Positions 29,233 to 41,300 of a stretch of 64,000 nt of DNA are shown in pieces. The position numbers were made by a program, and so were the translations under genes. Below the pieces are notes generated by a model. The model ran no database searches. It was not told the origin of the DNA and worked only from the letters and a program-made list of their open reading frames with translations. The stretch is from positions 8,278-72,277 of the IMG/VR virus record IMGVR_UViG_3300007723_000001. One strand, given 5' to 3'. Within the stretch, counting starts at the first letter, position 1. The number at the start of each line of letters is the position of its first letter. This DNA is from a virus.

Positions 29233-32085
29233 TTAGTACGTAACAAACTTTATATCTTTTATACTAGGTCTTTGTAGTATATTATTAGTATTTAATATAA
29301 TCTTTATAGTCACCCATTCTCTTAATATGGTTATGTTGTCCTCAGTCAATTCTTTGTATGGGACTGACTCCGTTAGATTATGTAAATAAAACTTAGAAGA
29401 ATCTTCTTCATCAATTAATAACTTTTCCCACTCCTGACCTTTATTAGACGAAATAAATATTTCTATTGAAGATCCCTCTGGTTGAAGATAACTTAACCAT
29501 AAGTCTACATTTGTATATGGACTACCAATGTCAAATGTTTTACTTATCCAATTCCCAGACGGTAGATAATTAGTAACTATAAAATAACTTGTGTCTAGAT
29601 TAACTAAGGATAAAGGATAATTCAGTTTATAACTTACTTTTATAGAACTTGCTTCATTGAATTCACTATCTAAGTTCTCATACTCACTATCTATTACTAA
29701 CATATTACTAAAATCACCCTTGTCACCTATCCATTCTAAATGATCATGAATTCTTATAAAGGGTTCAATAGATTGTAAATTAATAGTCAATATATTATCT
29801 GTATATAAGGTAGTGCCTAAGTTGAGTTTTATATTTAAATCCTTATCAGATATGGTTTCCCAAACTCCTCGGCTGTTTCTACGCATTAAGTTACCTAAAG
29901 TATAATCTTGTCCATTACTATCACTATTGCTATTACACTTGAACTTCATAGATGAAGCATTAAAATAACAGATATTTATGGAGTAAAAATTAGGATCCAA
30001 TACCACCATAGGATTTAAATCTATATCTATGTAAGTATTGGAAGTTATACTGTTAAATGATTTATACCCAAATGCTAAATAGTCATTAAGAGTCGGAATA
30101 GAATTATTAGATCTAGTAATAGTTATAACTATAAAAGTTAAAGGATCATTTGTAGTATCCTTTATAACTTCTTCTATAGATATAGAAATATTCTTTATTA
30201 CTTTAGATTCCTCTATCTTAATAATTTGACTAAGAGTATTTGTATAATCATTGTCTATGAATAAAGAATTTTTATAAGTACTTATAGGTAAATTAAATGA
30301 CTTTTTTATATCTCCATCAACTTCTATAAATAAGTCATTAGATACATCATATTTTGTACTTCCAGGTAAATCGAATTTAACTATAGAAGTGTTATCTTTA
30401 GGAATAAGTGAACTATCTTGTTCACTGCTTCTAGATCCATATAAGGTACTAAAGTTATTTATATATTCGTTTGCAACAGCAAACAAAAACTCTGAATCAT
30501 TATTAAATACAAATAATAGGATATCATTTGTAAACCTATTAGGCTTACCTAAAGTTATATAAATAGTGGACTCTGTAGGATCAAGATTAATACTATTATT
30601 CCCTTTAGCTATATCTATTGACTCAAAGGTCAATTCTGGGGAAGATACTACTTCTTTATTATGTACAGAGGATATAAGTTTACTACCTTTTGTATAACTT
30701 ATATCAGCTGAATTTACTTTTATATATTCATTTATAGTTTGAAGAGTAATTGCATTATCAGACTCTATATAAGATACAGAATACAAAGGATGATTGATGT
30801 CCGAGTATTGGGAGAGGATAGAAGAAGCTTTCTTATCTATTAAGTTAGTCTCGACCTTAGCAATTAATTGTTTATCTAACTCTAACTGAAGTAATCTTTT
30901 CTCTAAAGCTTCTAACCGCATAACAGCTTGAGTTAGTTCTACATTTGTGATAGCTCTGTAAGAATCCTCATTGTCTATTATAATTTCATACAATGTGGGA
31001 TTCTGGGATAAGTCTTTTCTTATATTTACTGTTGCTAGTAATAAATGATTAACCCCTGTCTGACTTAATCCTAAATAAAGAGAAGTGTTAGATAAATTAA
31101 TATTCTTATCTTGATTATTATCTTTCCAAATGTAAATCTGATTCTGTTGAGGATCTGTATCACTATAGTAAAAAGAATCAACAATTACATTAGAACCTTT
31201 TAAAGTTTCAATCAATGAGTAATCTTTAAGAGGATATACAGAAGAATCAACTTTTCTTATCTCAATAAGACCAATGGAATTAATTAATACCATATACTTA
31301 CCTTCATTCACAAAGTATTCTTCAATAGGTAGAGGTAATGGGTTTTCTATAACTATTCTTTTACCATCTATATAGCAAACACCTGATTGTAATGTAATAG
31401 TCTTATTATTAGTAGATGTTACTTTTAACCCTTTATTTATAAAGTCTCCAGACTCCTCAAAAAAGTATCTCTCAACGTAAGGTGTAATAGAAGGTAAGGT
31501 GTAATTCTGGTTAGTAGTTAGATTTGATTTAGAATCAATATAAAGAATATCTACAGTCCTAGAAGATTGTACATTAATTAAAGCTATAGGGAAACCATCG
31601 ATATACTCTTCTTTGTTAGTTTGATCTCCTACTAAACTTAGGTCACCTGATACCTTTTGCTTTATCATTCCATAAGATCCAAATATCGGACCCCCTTGTA
31701 TAGGGTTTCTATATTCGTCATTTATATATTCAAGCTCTTTGTGTTTAGTATTAATCTTCAACCAATATAAACCTTCTTCTACAGGTAAAGGTAGAGTCTT
31801 ATTCTGAATATCAATTACCTCAGATAGATTATTAAGATTAATATATATAGTGCCTTTAGAAATATAAAGATGTGTATTATTTATAACTACTACTTTTAAT
31901 CCTTCAACTACTGAATAATAAGAAAATAAAAACTTATATGGACTATTGGCAATATAATTTATTAAATATTGAGTATCCAATAGTTCAGTAAGCTGAAGTC
32001 TTTTTCCAGATCTATATAATACTTTTACCCAATCATTTCCTTCTTTCCATCTAGTCAGAGTAATAACCTTTTCTTTCTTGTTCAT
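29233..32085 (-). CDS. DUF4815-like virion/baseplate protein, diverged paralog
   Basis: WVKVLYRSGKRLQLTEL, YFFEESGDF, LEKRL; collinear with 32157..36398. Confidence 0.65.
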   Translation of the reverse strand: MNKKEKVITLTRWKEGNDWVKVLYRSGKRLQLTELLDTQYLINYIANSPYKFLFSYYSVVEGLKVVVINNTHLYISKGTIYINLNNLSEVIDIQNKTLPLPVEEGLYWLKINTKHKELEYINDEYRNPIQGGPIFGSYGMIKQKVSGDLSLVGDQTNKEEYIDGFPIALINVQSSRTVDILYIDSKSNLTTNQNYTLPSITPYVERYFFEESGDFINKGLKVTSTNNKTITLQSGVCYIDGKRIVIENPLPLPIEEYFVNEGKYMVLINSIGLIEIRKVDSSVYPLKDYSLIETLKGSNVIVDSFYYSDTDPQQNQIYIWKDNNQDKNINLSNTSLYLGLSQTGVNHLLLATVNIRKDLSQNPTLYEIIIDNEDSYRAITNVELTQAVMRLEALEKRLLQLELDKQLIAKVETNLIDKKASSILSQYSDINHPLYSVSYIESDNAITLQTINEYIKVNSADISYTKGSKLISSVHNKEVVSSPELTFESIDIAKGNNSINLDPTESTIYITLGKPNRFTNDILLFVFNNDSEFLFAVANEYINNFSTLYGSRSSEQDSSLIPKDNTSIVKFDLPGSTKYDVSNDLFIEVDGDIKKSFNLPISTYKNSLFIDNDYTNTLSQIIKIEESKVIKNISISIEEVIKDTTNDPLTFIVITITRSNNSIPTLNDYLAFGYKSFNSITSNTYIDIDLNPMVVLDPNFYSINICYFNASSMKFKCNSNSDSNGQDYTLGNLMRRNSRGVWETISDKDLNIKLNLGTTLYTDNILTINLQSIEPFIRIHDHLEWIGDKGDFSNMLVIDSEYENLDSEFNEASSIKVSYKLNYPLSLVNLDTSYFIVTNYLPSGNWISKTFDIGSPYTNVDLWLSYLQPEGSSIEIFISSNKGQEWEKLLIDEEDSSKFYLHNLTESVPYKELTEDNITILREWVTIKIILNTNNILQRPSIKDIKFVTY

Positions 32086-32156
32086 TATTAAATTTAAGAT
32101 TTAAGTCTATTATTTATATAAAAACATTCAATGTATATAAATAATCTAACGTAATA

Positions 32157-35100
32157 CTAATTGATATTCGAGGTACTAACTCTTATATTTCTCACAAAAG
32201 GAGTTAATACTCTTGAAGATGAAATTAGTGCAAATCTTATAACTAAGTTATTACTATTAAAAGATCTACCAGGTATAAAAGAAGCTAAATATTCGTTAGT
32301 ATTTAATAAGTTATTAGACAGTAATAACTCGGTATCGTCAAAGTTACTCCAACTTCTACCATCATCAGTACTAACTGATAGACTTACTGAGGCCTTATTA
32401 GGGATAAACGCTTCATAGTACACAAAGACTTTATCTATATCTTTATTAAATTTGAAATCTTTAACTATGAGTATACCAGTAGTACTATTTGTATAAATAG
32501 TTATTGATGAACTTTCTATATCAAGTAGTGGAGAGATTCTTCTACTATTAGTCGATAGTATAGCTCTGAGATTTAATGTAGATGCATCATGATCTAAACA
32601 ATTTACTTTATTTGGTAAAATGTCCTTCCAGCTATTATTTAAATTAGTCGAATACTGATAAGTTATAGAAGTACCTTTAGGTAATATATCCCTACAATTA
32701 ATACAAAACTTGTTTATAAAGGCTATCCCATCTTGTATACCATAATTCCCTAAAGAGACTATAGAACTAAAAGAAGTAAAGGATGCAATGTTATGTTCAT
32801 AAGTTAAAGTAGACTTTTCATCTTCTATAATGTTATATCCATTAGGAGAGTAAAAAAGACTACCCTTATATAAAGGTTGGTTACCAATAGTATAACCGTT
32901 ATTAAGATCTGGTTCCCCTAAGGTAGCAGTAAATATCTCATATCTATCAGATAGAGAATTAAGAGATAATGAATATGAAGAGCCACTATCTAATAATATT
33001 GGCATATCATATTCAAATTTAGAAGGTTCAATTGCCCTTAAATCTGATTTATAGTCTTCACATTTACCAATACCTAAAGTCTGATTACCAGGACCAAAAG
33101 AGTTAGTATCTTTAATTAATAATTCTAAAGGATATTGATAATCTAAATTTCTTAAATATATATTAGTAGATAATAGTAGACAATCTACAGGTAAATTAAA
33201 CAGCTGAGATAAGCTACTATATTCTTGATTAATATATAAAGTATTACTCGTATTTAATATACTAGTTCCTGTAGAGTTAGAAGAATTCATTACTTGACTA
33301 TCTATATCCTGTGCCAACGGTTGGGAAGAAGTTGGTAAATAATTTGATGATACATCATTAATACTAGAAGAATTAGCTATTTGATTAAGTAATGTACTAT
33401 GAATTCTAAGAGAAGCACTAGCATAAGATTTAGTACCAATTATTTCTAGTAAATGTGTACCTACATTCATTGGTTTATCTAATTGTATAGATATTAATAT
33501 TTCTCCCATTTTATTAGATCTAATACCATCTGGAGAAATACTTGCATCATTAAGAATCCTAAAATAAGACATTTCTTCGCCATCTAAAAAGATAGTGTTA
33601 TGTCTATCGTTAGGTCTTATGCCCCATACATAAATTAGTATTTCTTTATTAACTTGAGTTTCTAATAAGTCGAAACATATTTGTATTTCAGTATCTTCCA
33701 AAACAGTCCCATATAAAGTAGAATTACTAAACTCATCGTAAAGTCTAATCAGATCTTTAGTGACATCTGCCGATAGAACTGTGTTATCTCCTAGTTGATT
33801 GCTATTACATGGATTAATCTTATTATCTATATACTTAGATACTCTGACATCTCTTGGATATACTTTAATACTTCCTCTTATATAATTTGAATTAGCTGAT
33901 AATGCTTCATTTATTAAAGGTGTAATTAGTCTATATCCAGTTGCTCTGAGTTGGCGTACTAATGATTCTTCTATATAGGGTAATGTAACAAAACTATTCC
34001 TATCTCCAATATAAGAATATTTATGTAGTACTCCACCACTTTCATATTTAAGACTTAGTTCTTTTATAGACGTAGAAGTAGTATGACTATTATTAAGAGG
34101 AGTCCAAGATACTGTAGAGTCCGTCTTATTTAAATCTCCAATACAATTGAAAGACGATAAGTTGTATACAAGTGAAGGATCTTTATTGTCTTTAATCAAC
34201 GTAATCTGATCCTCTAAATTAGATATATCCACCTCTAATTCTCTTATCCTTTCTTCTAGATTTCTAAGTTCTTTAACTGTAAATCTTTTATTTTTTATTG
34301 GTAAAATCTCAACTCTATCGGCATATATATAAATATATGCTAAAGGTAAGTAGTCTTGAGATATTAATGGAATTATAGGGTTCTCAGAACTGGAACTTAA
34401 TTGATAGTTTATAGAAGTGTCAGTATCAATAAATATAACTCCAGCTCTTGCTAAGGAATAAGAGTAATCAACATCAAATGAATATCCTTTGGCAGGTCTT
34501 CTACCACCTGGTAAGAAACTAATAGAGTTTTTAGTTTTATCGAATTTATAGTCTTCATTCTCTATTAATGGTTGGGTATATAAAAAGCTTACAAAATAGG
34601 TCGTACCAATATCAGGCTCATCTCCCCCAGGTGCCCAAGATATGTATTGTTGATCAATTAAGTTAAAGTCTAATCCTTGTACATAAACTTTATCTCCCTG
34701 TCGGACTTCTAATATCTCATATATTGAATCATCTTCTAAATAATCTTCATCTTCTTGGCCTCTTATCATAGGATGATCTAATACTCTTAACTCTGCCACT
34801 ACTTGAATGACTTCGTGAGCTAACTTTTTACCTAATGTATAGTCAAGCTTAGAATGACTATTCAATATCTTACTATTCTTATCTATTAAAAGGCCTCCAC
34901 TTACTTCTGTAGACACTAATAAGTTTCTTTCAGAAACAGAGGTAGTAGATAAAGATAAGGATGTATTAGATAGTTTGTTAACTGAAATATTACTTTTTAT
35001 TAAAGCTCTAATTATAGAAGGGCTAATAGTAAGTTTAGTAGAAGAGTCCATAGAATATGCTTCTAATGAAACATTATTAGAAACTAAAGCGTTGGACATA

Positions 35101-36398
35101 ATTCCATTAATAAACTCAGTTAATATATCGCTTATAGAGTTAATATTTAAGTTATCGTTGATGATTAATTTATATATAACTTTAATTAACTTACTCTCAA
35201 ATATAACTGGCGATAAAGTTAATTCTATGGAAGCAGAGTTATCTTTTATCTGTTGTACAGATATAGATGTAGGAATTGATATTGTTCTATTGGTAACCGC
35301 CGTATCTTCCTGAAACGTAAATCTGGCTGATATGACCTTATTAGTCTCTATATTTCTAGGGATGTTCAATATAGTATTACTCAACTTCTCGACTCTATAA
35401 CCTTTTATATAAGCTACTCCAGGAGATACGTTGAATACTTCCTTCCCCTGTATATTTTGTATAGAATCTAAAGTAATACTAGAATCAATAATGTTATCTT
35501 CTTTATCTTCAACCAATAAATATAAGTTGCTAACATCCCTTTCTCTTTCATTTATAGATTCTCTGATAGAATCAATCCTAGCTAAATTAAAAGGAGTAGG
35601 TGAGGCAGCACTATCAGTCAATGCTTGAGTTAAATCTCTCCTCAAGCTGTCAAGAGAAGATTGAGTAGAGCCTAATTGACTTCTAAGTATAGATAAATTA
35701 TCTAAGTCTTCCTGTATATTTTGTTGAAGAGAATTAGTTTTATTAGGTGACGATGATAAGGAGCTTTCAGTTATTGTCTTTATATGGCTAACATTAAATC
35801 CCTGAACTAGAAAATTACCATTTCTCTCATAGATATAAGAAGCCAATATATCCTGTACCAAATATATTGGATTTATTTCTTTCTGTATAATTTGTCCATC
35901 AATAACTTTACCGATAGCGTAGGCCTCTTCATCATTAATAACTAAATCAGGTGTCCAGACTAACCTTGCAGCCCCCTCAAGACCATATAAAGAAGAACCT
36001 TTAATAGGATCTCTTAAGTTAGGATCATCAAGCTCTGTAATTATTGTTTCATTTATCTTAACTCCTATTACAAAAGTGCCTATATTCAAAATCTCAAATG
36101 ACTTAGCAGGTATATTAAATACAAATCCTTCTACATAAAAATTACCTTGAGTGACCTGTATTTCAATAGCCTCTTCATCAATATACTTTTGTATAATCTT
36201 CAATCCCTTTAGTCTAGAAGCTTCTCCAAACAGAATGTCTAATATCTCTTTAGTATTACCTTGTATAAGACTTTGTATCTCTATTAATTCAGATGACTGT
36301 ATAGGTCTTCCAGAAACAGGTAATATCTTCGACCAGTTACTATCAGGACTGTATCTATCTGTATATAAAGGATTGTTCTTATAAGAATTTATTTTCAT
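32157..36398 (-). CDS. DUF4815-like large virion/baseplate protein
   Basis: YTDRY...SGRPIQSSELIEIQS, GAARL, YERNGNFLV, PGVAYIKGY, FTVKELRNLEERI. Confidence 0.75.
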   Translation of the reverse strand: MKINSYKNNPLYTDRYSPDSNWSKILPVSGRPIQSSELIEIQSLIQGNTKEILDILFGEASRLKGLKIIQKYIDEEAIEIQVTQGNFYVEGFVFNIPAKSFEILNIGTFVIGVKINETIITELDDPNLRDPIKGSSLYGLEGAARLVWTPDLVINDEEAYAIGKVIDGQIIQKEINPIYLVQDILASYIYERNGNFLVQGFNVSHIKTITESSLSSSPNKTNSLQQNIQEDLDNLSILRSQLGSTQSSLDSLRRDLTQALTDSAASPTPFNLARIDSIRESINERERDVSNLYLLVEDKEDNIIDSSITLDSIQNIQGKEVFNVSPGVAYIKGYRVEKLSNTILNIPRNIETNKVISARFTFQEDTAVTNRTISIPTSISVQQIKDNSASIELTLSPVIFESKLIKVIYKLIINDNLNINSISDILTEFINGIMSNALVSNNVSLEAYSMDSSTKLTISPSIIRALIKSNISVNKLSNTSLSLSTTSVSERNLLVSTEVSGGLLIDKNSKILNSHSKLDYTLGKKLAHEVIQVVAELRVLDHPMIRGQEDEDYLEDDSIYEILEVRQGDKVYVQGLDFNLIDQQYISWAPGGDEPDIGTTYFVSFLYTQPLIENEDYKFDKTKNSISFLPGGRRPAKGYSFDVDYSYSLARAGVIFIDTDTSINYQLSSSSENPIIPLISQDYLPLAYIYIYADRVEILPIKNKRFTVKELRNLEERIRELEVDISNLEDQITLIKDNKDPSLVYNLSSFNCIGDLNKTDSTVSWTPLNNSHTTSTSIKELSLKYESGGVLHKYSYIGDRNSFVTLPYIEESLVRQLRATGYRLITPLINEALSANSNYIRGSIKVYPRDVRVSKYIDNKINPCNSNQLGDNTVLSADVTKDLIRLYDEFSNSTLYGTVLEDTEIQICFDLLETQVNKEILIYVWGIRPNDRHNTIFLDGEEMSYFRILNDASISPDGIRSNKMGEILISIQLDKPMNVGTHLLEIIGTKSYASASLRIHSTLLNQIANSSSINDVSSNYLPTSSQPLAQDIDSQVMNSSNSTGTSILNTSNTLYINQEYSSLSQLFNLPVDCLLLSTNIYLRNLDYQYPLELLIKDTNSFGPGNQTLGIGKCEDYKSDLRAIEPSKFEYDMPILLDSGSSYSLSLNSLSDRYEIFTATLGEPDLNNGYTIGNQPLYKGSLFYSPNGYNIIEDEKSTLTYEHNIASFTSFSSIVSLGNYGIQDGIAFINKFCINCRDILPKGTSITYQYSTNLNNSWKDILPNKVNCLDHDASTLNLRAILSTNSRRISPLLDIESSSITIYTNSTTGILIVKDFKFNKDIDKVFVYYEAFIPNKASVSLSVSTDDGRSWSNFDDTELLLSNNLLNTNEYLASFIPGRSFNSNNLVIRFALISSSRVLTPFVRNIRVSTSNIN

Positions 36399-36483
36399 TT
36401 AGCGAAGGTATTATTATATAGACTATTAATTAATAAATTATAAGGTTTAATAAATTATTAAATATAATTTAATAGAATATCAA

Positions 36484-37044
36484 TTATACCTTCATCATAA
36501 TTTCTATTAAAGGAAATCCTTTTTCTAATCTATATATAGGACTACAAAAAGTAATGAAATGAGTATATCCCCAGCTTTCAATATCACTTGGGAAAAAAGT
36601 TAACTGATTAAGATTTACATAATCCTTAAAGATTATCTCAGAGTTAAAAGCAATAACTCTAAAAGTCTCAGTATTAAAATCAGAAGGTACTATATTAACA
36701 GCTACATAAATATGAGAAGGTGAAGGCACAGGTACTCCTTCTATATATTGAATTTCTTCTGGTTGAAATAGATTCCAATTTTTACCTTTATATATCAATT
36801 CACCACAAGAACTTTCATTAGCTAACAATAATCTTTCTACTCTTTTAATTATTATGGGTTCTGGAGGGATATTAGAAATACTAGGTAAAGGTGATGGAAC
36901 TAAATCTCTGTTTTCACTAGACCAGGGTGTAGGCTTACCTAGTATTATTACTGGATTAGATATACCTTCTATGAACTTTATAGCCCTATAAAGTAAATGG
37001 GATTGAGTAATTGTTGAGTAACTAAGAAATTTATATTTATCCAT
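36484..37044 (-). CDS. Baseplate wedge protein (T4 gp8-like)
   Basis: LGKPTPW...PSP, IYV...DF...FRVIA; directly upstream of the DUF4815-like gene. Confidence 0.6.
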   Translation of the reverse strand: MDKYKFLSYSTITQSHLLYRAIKFIEGISNPVIILGKPTPWSSENRDLVPSPLPSISNIPPEPIIIKRVERLLLANESSCGELIYKGKNWNLFQPEEIQYIEGVPVPSPSHIYVAVNIVPSDFNTETFRVIAFNSEIIFKDYVNLNQLTFFPSDIESWGYTHFITFCSPIYRLEKGFPLIEIMMKV

Positions 37045-37107
37045 TTTAAAGTTAGGCTTTTGTCTTTTTTATTAAAGTTCATATTTATCAATTATTATTT
37101 TGATTGA

Positions 37108-38259
37108 TTATAAAGATTTATTTATATCCTCTAATATTTCTTGGCTAGTTAATCCTATAGAAAATAATGAATTCTGTCTAGGGCCGTCATAAAGAGTTGC
37201 CAGTACTCCTGTATAATAATGGCCATTAGATGCTTTGAATCCACTCTTCAATAAAGGATATCTTCCACTTCGACTATCTAATTCTAAATGATCATTTATA
37301 GGTAAAGCTGATATAGAGATATTAAATCCAGTACATAATACAATACCATCACATTCTTTTATCAGATTAGACAAGTTGTATGTTCTATCATATTCTTTTA
37401 CTATTGTATATCCATCTTTAATAGACTGTAACTCTTCATTAATATTAGGAGTAATGGAAGGACCCCAAGCCTTAACTTTCTCTAAATAATCTATCTGATG
37501 TTTTGGGTCTATAGTCAACTGTCTATAAAAGTCACTGAAACAACTTTTAGCTTGCCAATCTTTATATGTTGGTATAGGGTATTGTTGTACTTTGATTGTT
37601 TTATCTCTAACTACCCAATAAACGTAGTTACCTTTATCCACTAAGTATTTAGTGTATTCTGCTCCAGCTTGACCTCCTCCACAAACTAATATAACTTTCC
37701 CAACTGGTGGTTCCTTTAATATTTGCTGATATCCCAATAGTTTTACATTAACTTGTGAATTATTTACCCAAGGAGGTACTATCCTTTTATAACCTGGACC
37801 AGAAGCTATAACTATTCTATTTCCAGCTATTACTTTATTAGATGATAGTCTAACTTGGTTATATTTTATTTCTATAACTCTATCCTCTTGTAAAGTAAAA
37901 TTGTTATTGCCTAATATATAAACTTTATATAAGTAATTGATATAGGAATAAAAAACATCTCTTGATACATAATGATTACATTCTTCGTAATCTCTATAGG
38001 TTTTGTAATCTTCATATATAGATATATATCTGTTAAGAGAATAAGTATTTCTAATATCTTTACTACATAGAGATACTAGGTCAAATGAAGTAGGACTTCT
38101 CATATCCATACTATTTATTAGCTGAAGACTACTCCATGTTTGTAACGGATTTGGATCAATGCCAATTACTCTATATCCCGCATCTAAAAGCCTTAAAGCT
38201 ACTCCTAATCCTCGAGGCCCTAATCCTATTATTATTACAGTAAGATCTGATGGTTTCAT
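37108..38259 (-). CDS. FAD/NAD(P)H-dependent oxidoreductase, lysine/ornithine N-hydroxylase-like flavin monooxygenase
   Basis: IIGLGPRGL (FAD), MRSP, IVIASG, VCGGGQAGAE (NAD(P)), IVLCTGF, YYTG...GP. Confidence 0.8.
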   Translation of the reverse strand: MKPSDLTVIIIGLGPRGLGVALRLLDAGYRVIGIDPNPLQTWSSLQLINSMDMRSPTSFDLVSLCSKDIRNTYSLNRYISIYEDYKTYRDYEECNHYVSRDVFYSYINYLYKVYILGNNNFTLQEDRVIEIKYNQVRLSSNKVIAGNRIVIASGPGYKRIVPPWVNNSQVNVKLLGYQQILKEPPVGKVILVCGGGQAGAEYTKYLVDKGNYVYWVVRDKTIKVQQYPIPTYKDWQAKSCFSDFYRQLTIDPKHQIDYLEKVKAWGPSITPNINEELQSIKDGYTIVKEYDRTYNLSNLIKECDGIVLCTGFNISISALPINDHLELDSRSGRYPLLKSGFKASNGHYYTGVLATLYDGPRQNSLFSIGLTSQEILEDINKSL

Positions 38260-38315
38260 AATATATTTAGTTAATTAATTTTATTAATAGTCAAATAGAT
38301 CAGGACTTATAATTC

Positions 38316-41300
38316 TTAACTAACAAATCCATATCTGGGTCTTACTGTTATTACTTTATACGTCTCAAAGGGTAATAGCATATCTACGGAATATACAGTC
38401 TTATCGTAAGACAAACTGAGATTACCTTCATTATCAACATTTATATAAAGCTGGGAAGATGTAGCATAATCAAGAGTTAATTCATACACAGTACTTCTAT
38501 TGTAATCATATACCCCACAACATGGGATTATTGCTTTATAGCTAGGGATATAATTAGAAGTTCTAATTTGTATGTCTCCTTCTATATTGCCATCGTCCTC
38601 TATTAAATCATAGCAACCCTCAAATTGAAGTCTTGATCTATAAAAATGGTTAACACCTAAAGACTTAACTTCCATAACATATTCGTCTATAGAAGGAGTA
38701 ACAGGATAATTAGTATGTATATCTATCACCGGACTAGTTGCATAGTAATTGTCTGATATCCAACTATCCTGAGGATCAGGTATAAATCTTAAGTCTTTAT
38801 AGTAGTTATAAGTAAAATAAGAATCAGTAGAAGTTATATTAGGCTCTGTGACTATACTATCAATACCAAACAAAGTAATAGTGTCTACTATAGCTTCTGA
38901 TACATTTGCTTCTCTTAACATATAAGCTTTTATTCTTTCTTTATAGTCATAGTCAGTTTCACCATCCCATCTAAATAAAGAATAATCTGATCCATAAAAA
39001 TCAATTTCCCTATTTTTAGATGTAGTTAGATTATTAGCATCTAAAGATCTATTAAACCCTACATACCAATTAGCTAAACTTTTAGAAGTAGTGATTAATA
39101 GTTTCCCTAAGTTGCCTTTTGGAGATATTGCTTTTTCATTAAACCATCCAAATTTAGTTGGCATTAAGTCACTGACTTTTTGGTAAACAAATCTTCTTGA
39201 CATTAATAATGTCTCTACGTCCGGCCAACAGTCAATATTAAATAATGAATTATTAAATAAAGATTCATTAAGACAAAAAGAAGAAATTGCTGATGTAAAA
39301 ACTCTTGTGTCAATATTATTGTTGATATGTTGATGAATAATATTAGTATATTTATTAACTAATAATATAGACGGAACGTAGTAAGAAATATTCTTTACCG
39401 TGTTGTCATAATTAAAAGATAAGTCTGACAGCAATCTTTGTGTTATAAATATATGGCTAAGAGAACTATGTAAAGGTAGCTGATCCTTTATTTTATTAAT
39501 AAAGAAAGGAACAGTACTCCTAGTATCTTCTACTAGCAATTGTAGATAATCAAACCGCTTAGCTACTATATCATCTCTACTATAAGTAGTAATCAAATTA
39601 CCTTTGCTATCAGTAATTTCTATATTAGGATCAGTATGTAAATACTTAGAATATGTTTTAAATGTTTCTAATATTGATTCTATAGCTTCAGATTTATTCA
39701 ACTCTTTACTCAACCAAAGACCATAAAGCAGCGATTCGTAAGAATAATCTACATCATCTAAATTGTCAACAAATAATCTTTCCTTATGAGAAAATAGAGA
39801 GTAGTTAATACCTTCATAAATATCAGCTCCTGTATCAAGATATTTATAATCTCTGAATAAATCGTAGGTTCTCAATAAACTTAAACACACTGTCACGTTG
39901 GTAGAGGTTTCATAAATGTCTATAGGTAAAGACTCTCTATATACTGTTGAATGGTTCCACCCTTTTCTAACTAAAGACAGTTTGGGATTATATTCGTTTA
40001 TAAGATAAGAAGCAAGAGTTTCAATTGTGTCATTATATCTTACATTATTAAAGACTTTATAGTAAGTATTATAGGCTAACAATAGCCATGCAATAGCTCT
40101 ATTGTCTACAAGTCTAAAAGCAAACTCATTATCCAGTACAGGTTCAAAGCAATCATCAGGACAAATAAGAGAATTGTTTAGTATAAATGAATTATTGAAT
40201 ATATTACAAGGAGCTTCAAAAAGATTATTCATGAAACAATCCTGTATACGCTCTTGTTGAAGTTGATCATCATATATATCTTCATAAGTTATATATGAAT
40301 ATAGATGTAAAGGAATACTACCTGCTCTAGGAGAGGCTCCTTCTATATCTAATAATTGTGATAACCTATCTAGGTTATACATAACAATAAGCTCTAATTG
40401 AGGATCAAGATAGTAACCAATAGAATTATCCTCACATTCCTTACTATCTTTATAACCACTAAGTATTATATTTATTAAAGATATTGATAACTCTTCTAAA
40501 TTAACATATTGATCAATGGGATTTAGATTTAATGCAGAACCACCATATGTTCTTAGTAAGGTTAATCCTGATGGTGTTTCTCCATAACGTATAGCTATTA
40601 TCTGTTCATCTAAATAAGATATTGCTTTTAATATAACTACTTTTATACCTTTAGGAACTAAACCTTCATGTGTATAAGATCCATCGGATCTTAACGGTAT
40701 ATTCTCATATATAATGCTTATTTCAGAACCGTAATGAGGAATATATCCAATATCTAATACATAAGCTACCTCACTATTTCCAGCTCCTTTTACGAAACAC
40801 TCTTTACCGCTTGGTGTGAATCTACATAATTGATCGTAATCATCTTTATACGGTTTATAACAAATATCACAATCAGTATTACTAATAAATTCGTTATTAG
40901 TTAATGTAGCAATATACTCATTGTAGTAGTCAGTAATAACAAAGTTAGCTAGTATTCTTTCTTCAACTATGGGAGTTCTATAACAAAGAGAATAGCCTGA
41001 ATCGGTAGGATAATATGGTTCGGAATATATAAGAGTTTTATCAACAAAAACACCAGGTTCAAATACTCCTTCTTCAAAAGGCTTAATACCGTAACTATAA
41101 TGATTTATATATTTATAGTAGACAGATGGTTCATCTAAACATTTCACTTCAGTACATCCAAAGAATCTATCATTAACAATATAATCGTCATCAAATAACG
41201 GAGTTCTACAGTTTGACTCTATGCATGACTGAACATCAATTAAAAACTTAGTTCCCTCTTGATCATAAACAATCTGAGGGTAAGTATTATTTTCTTCAAT

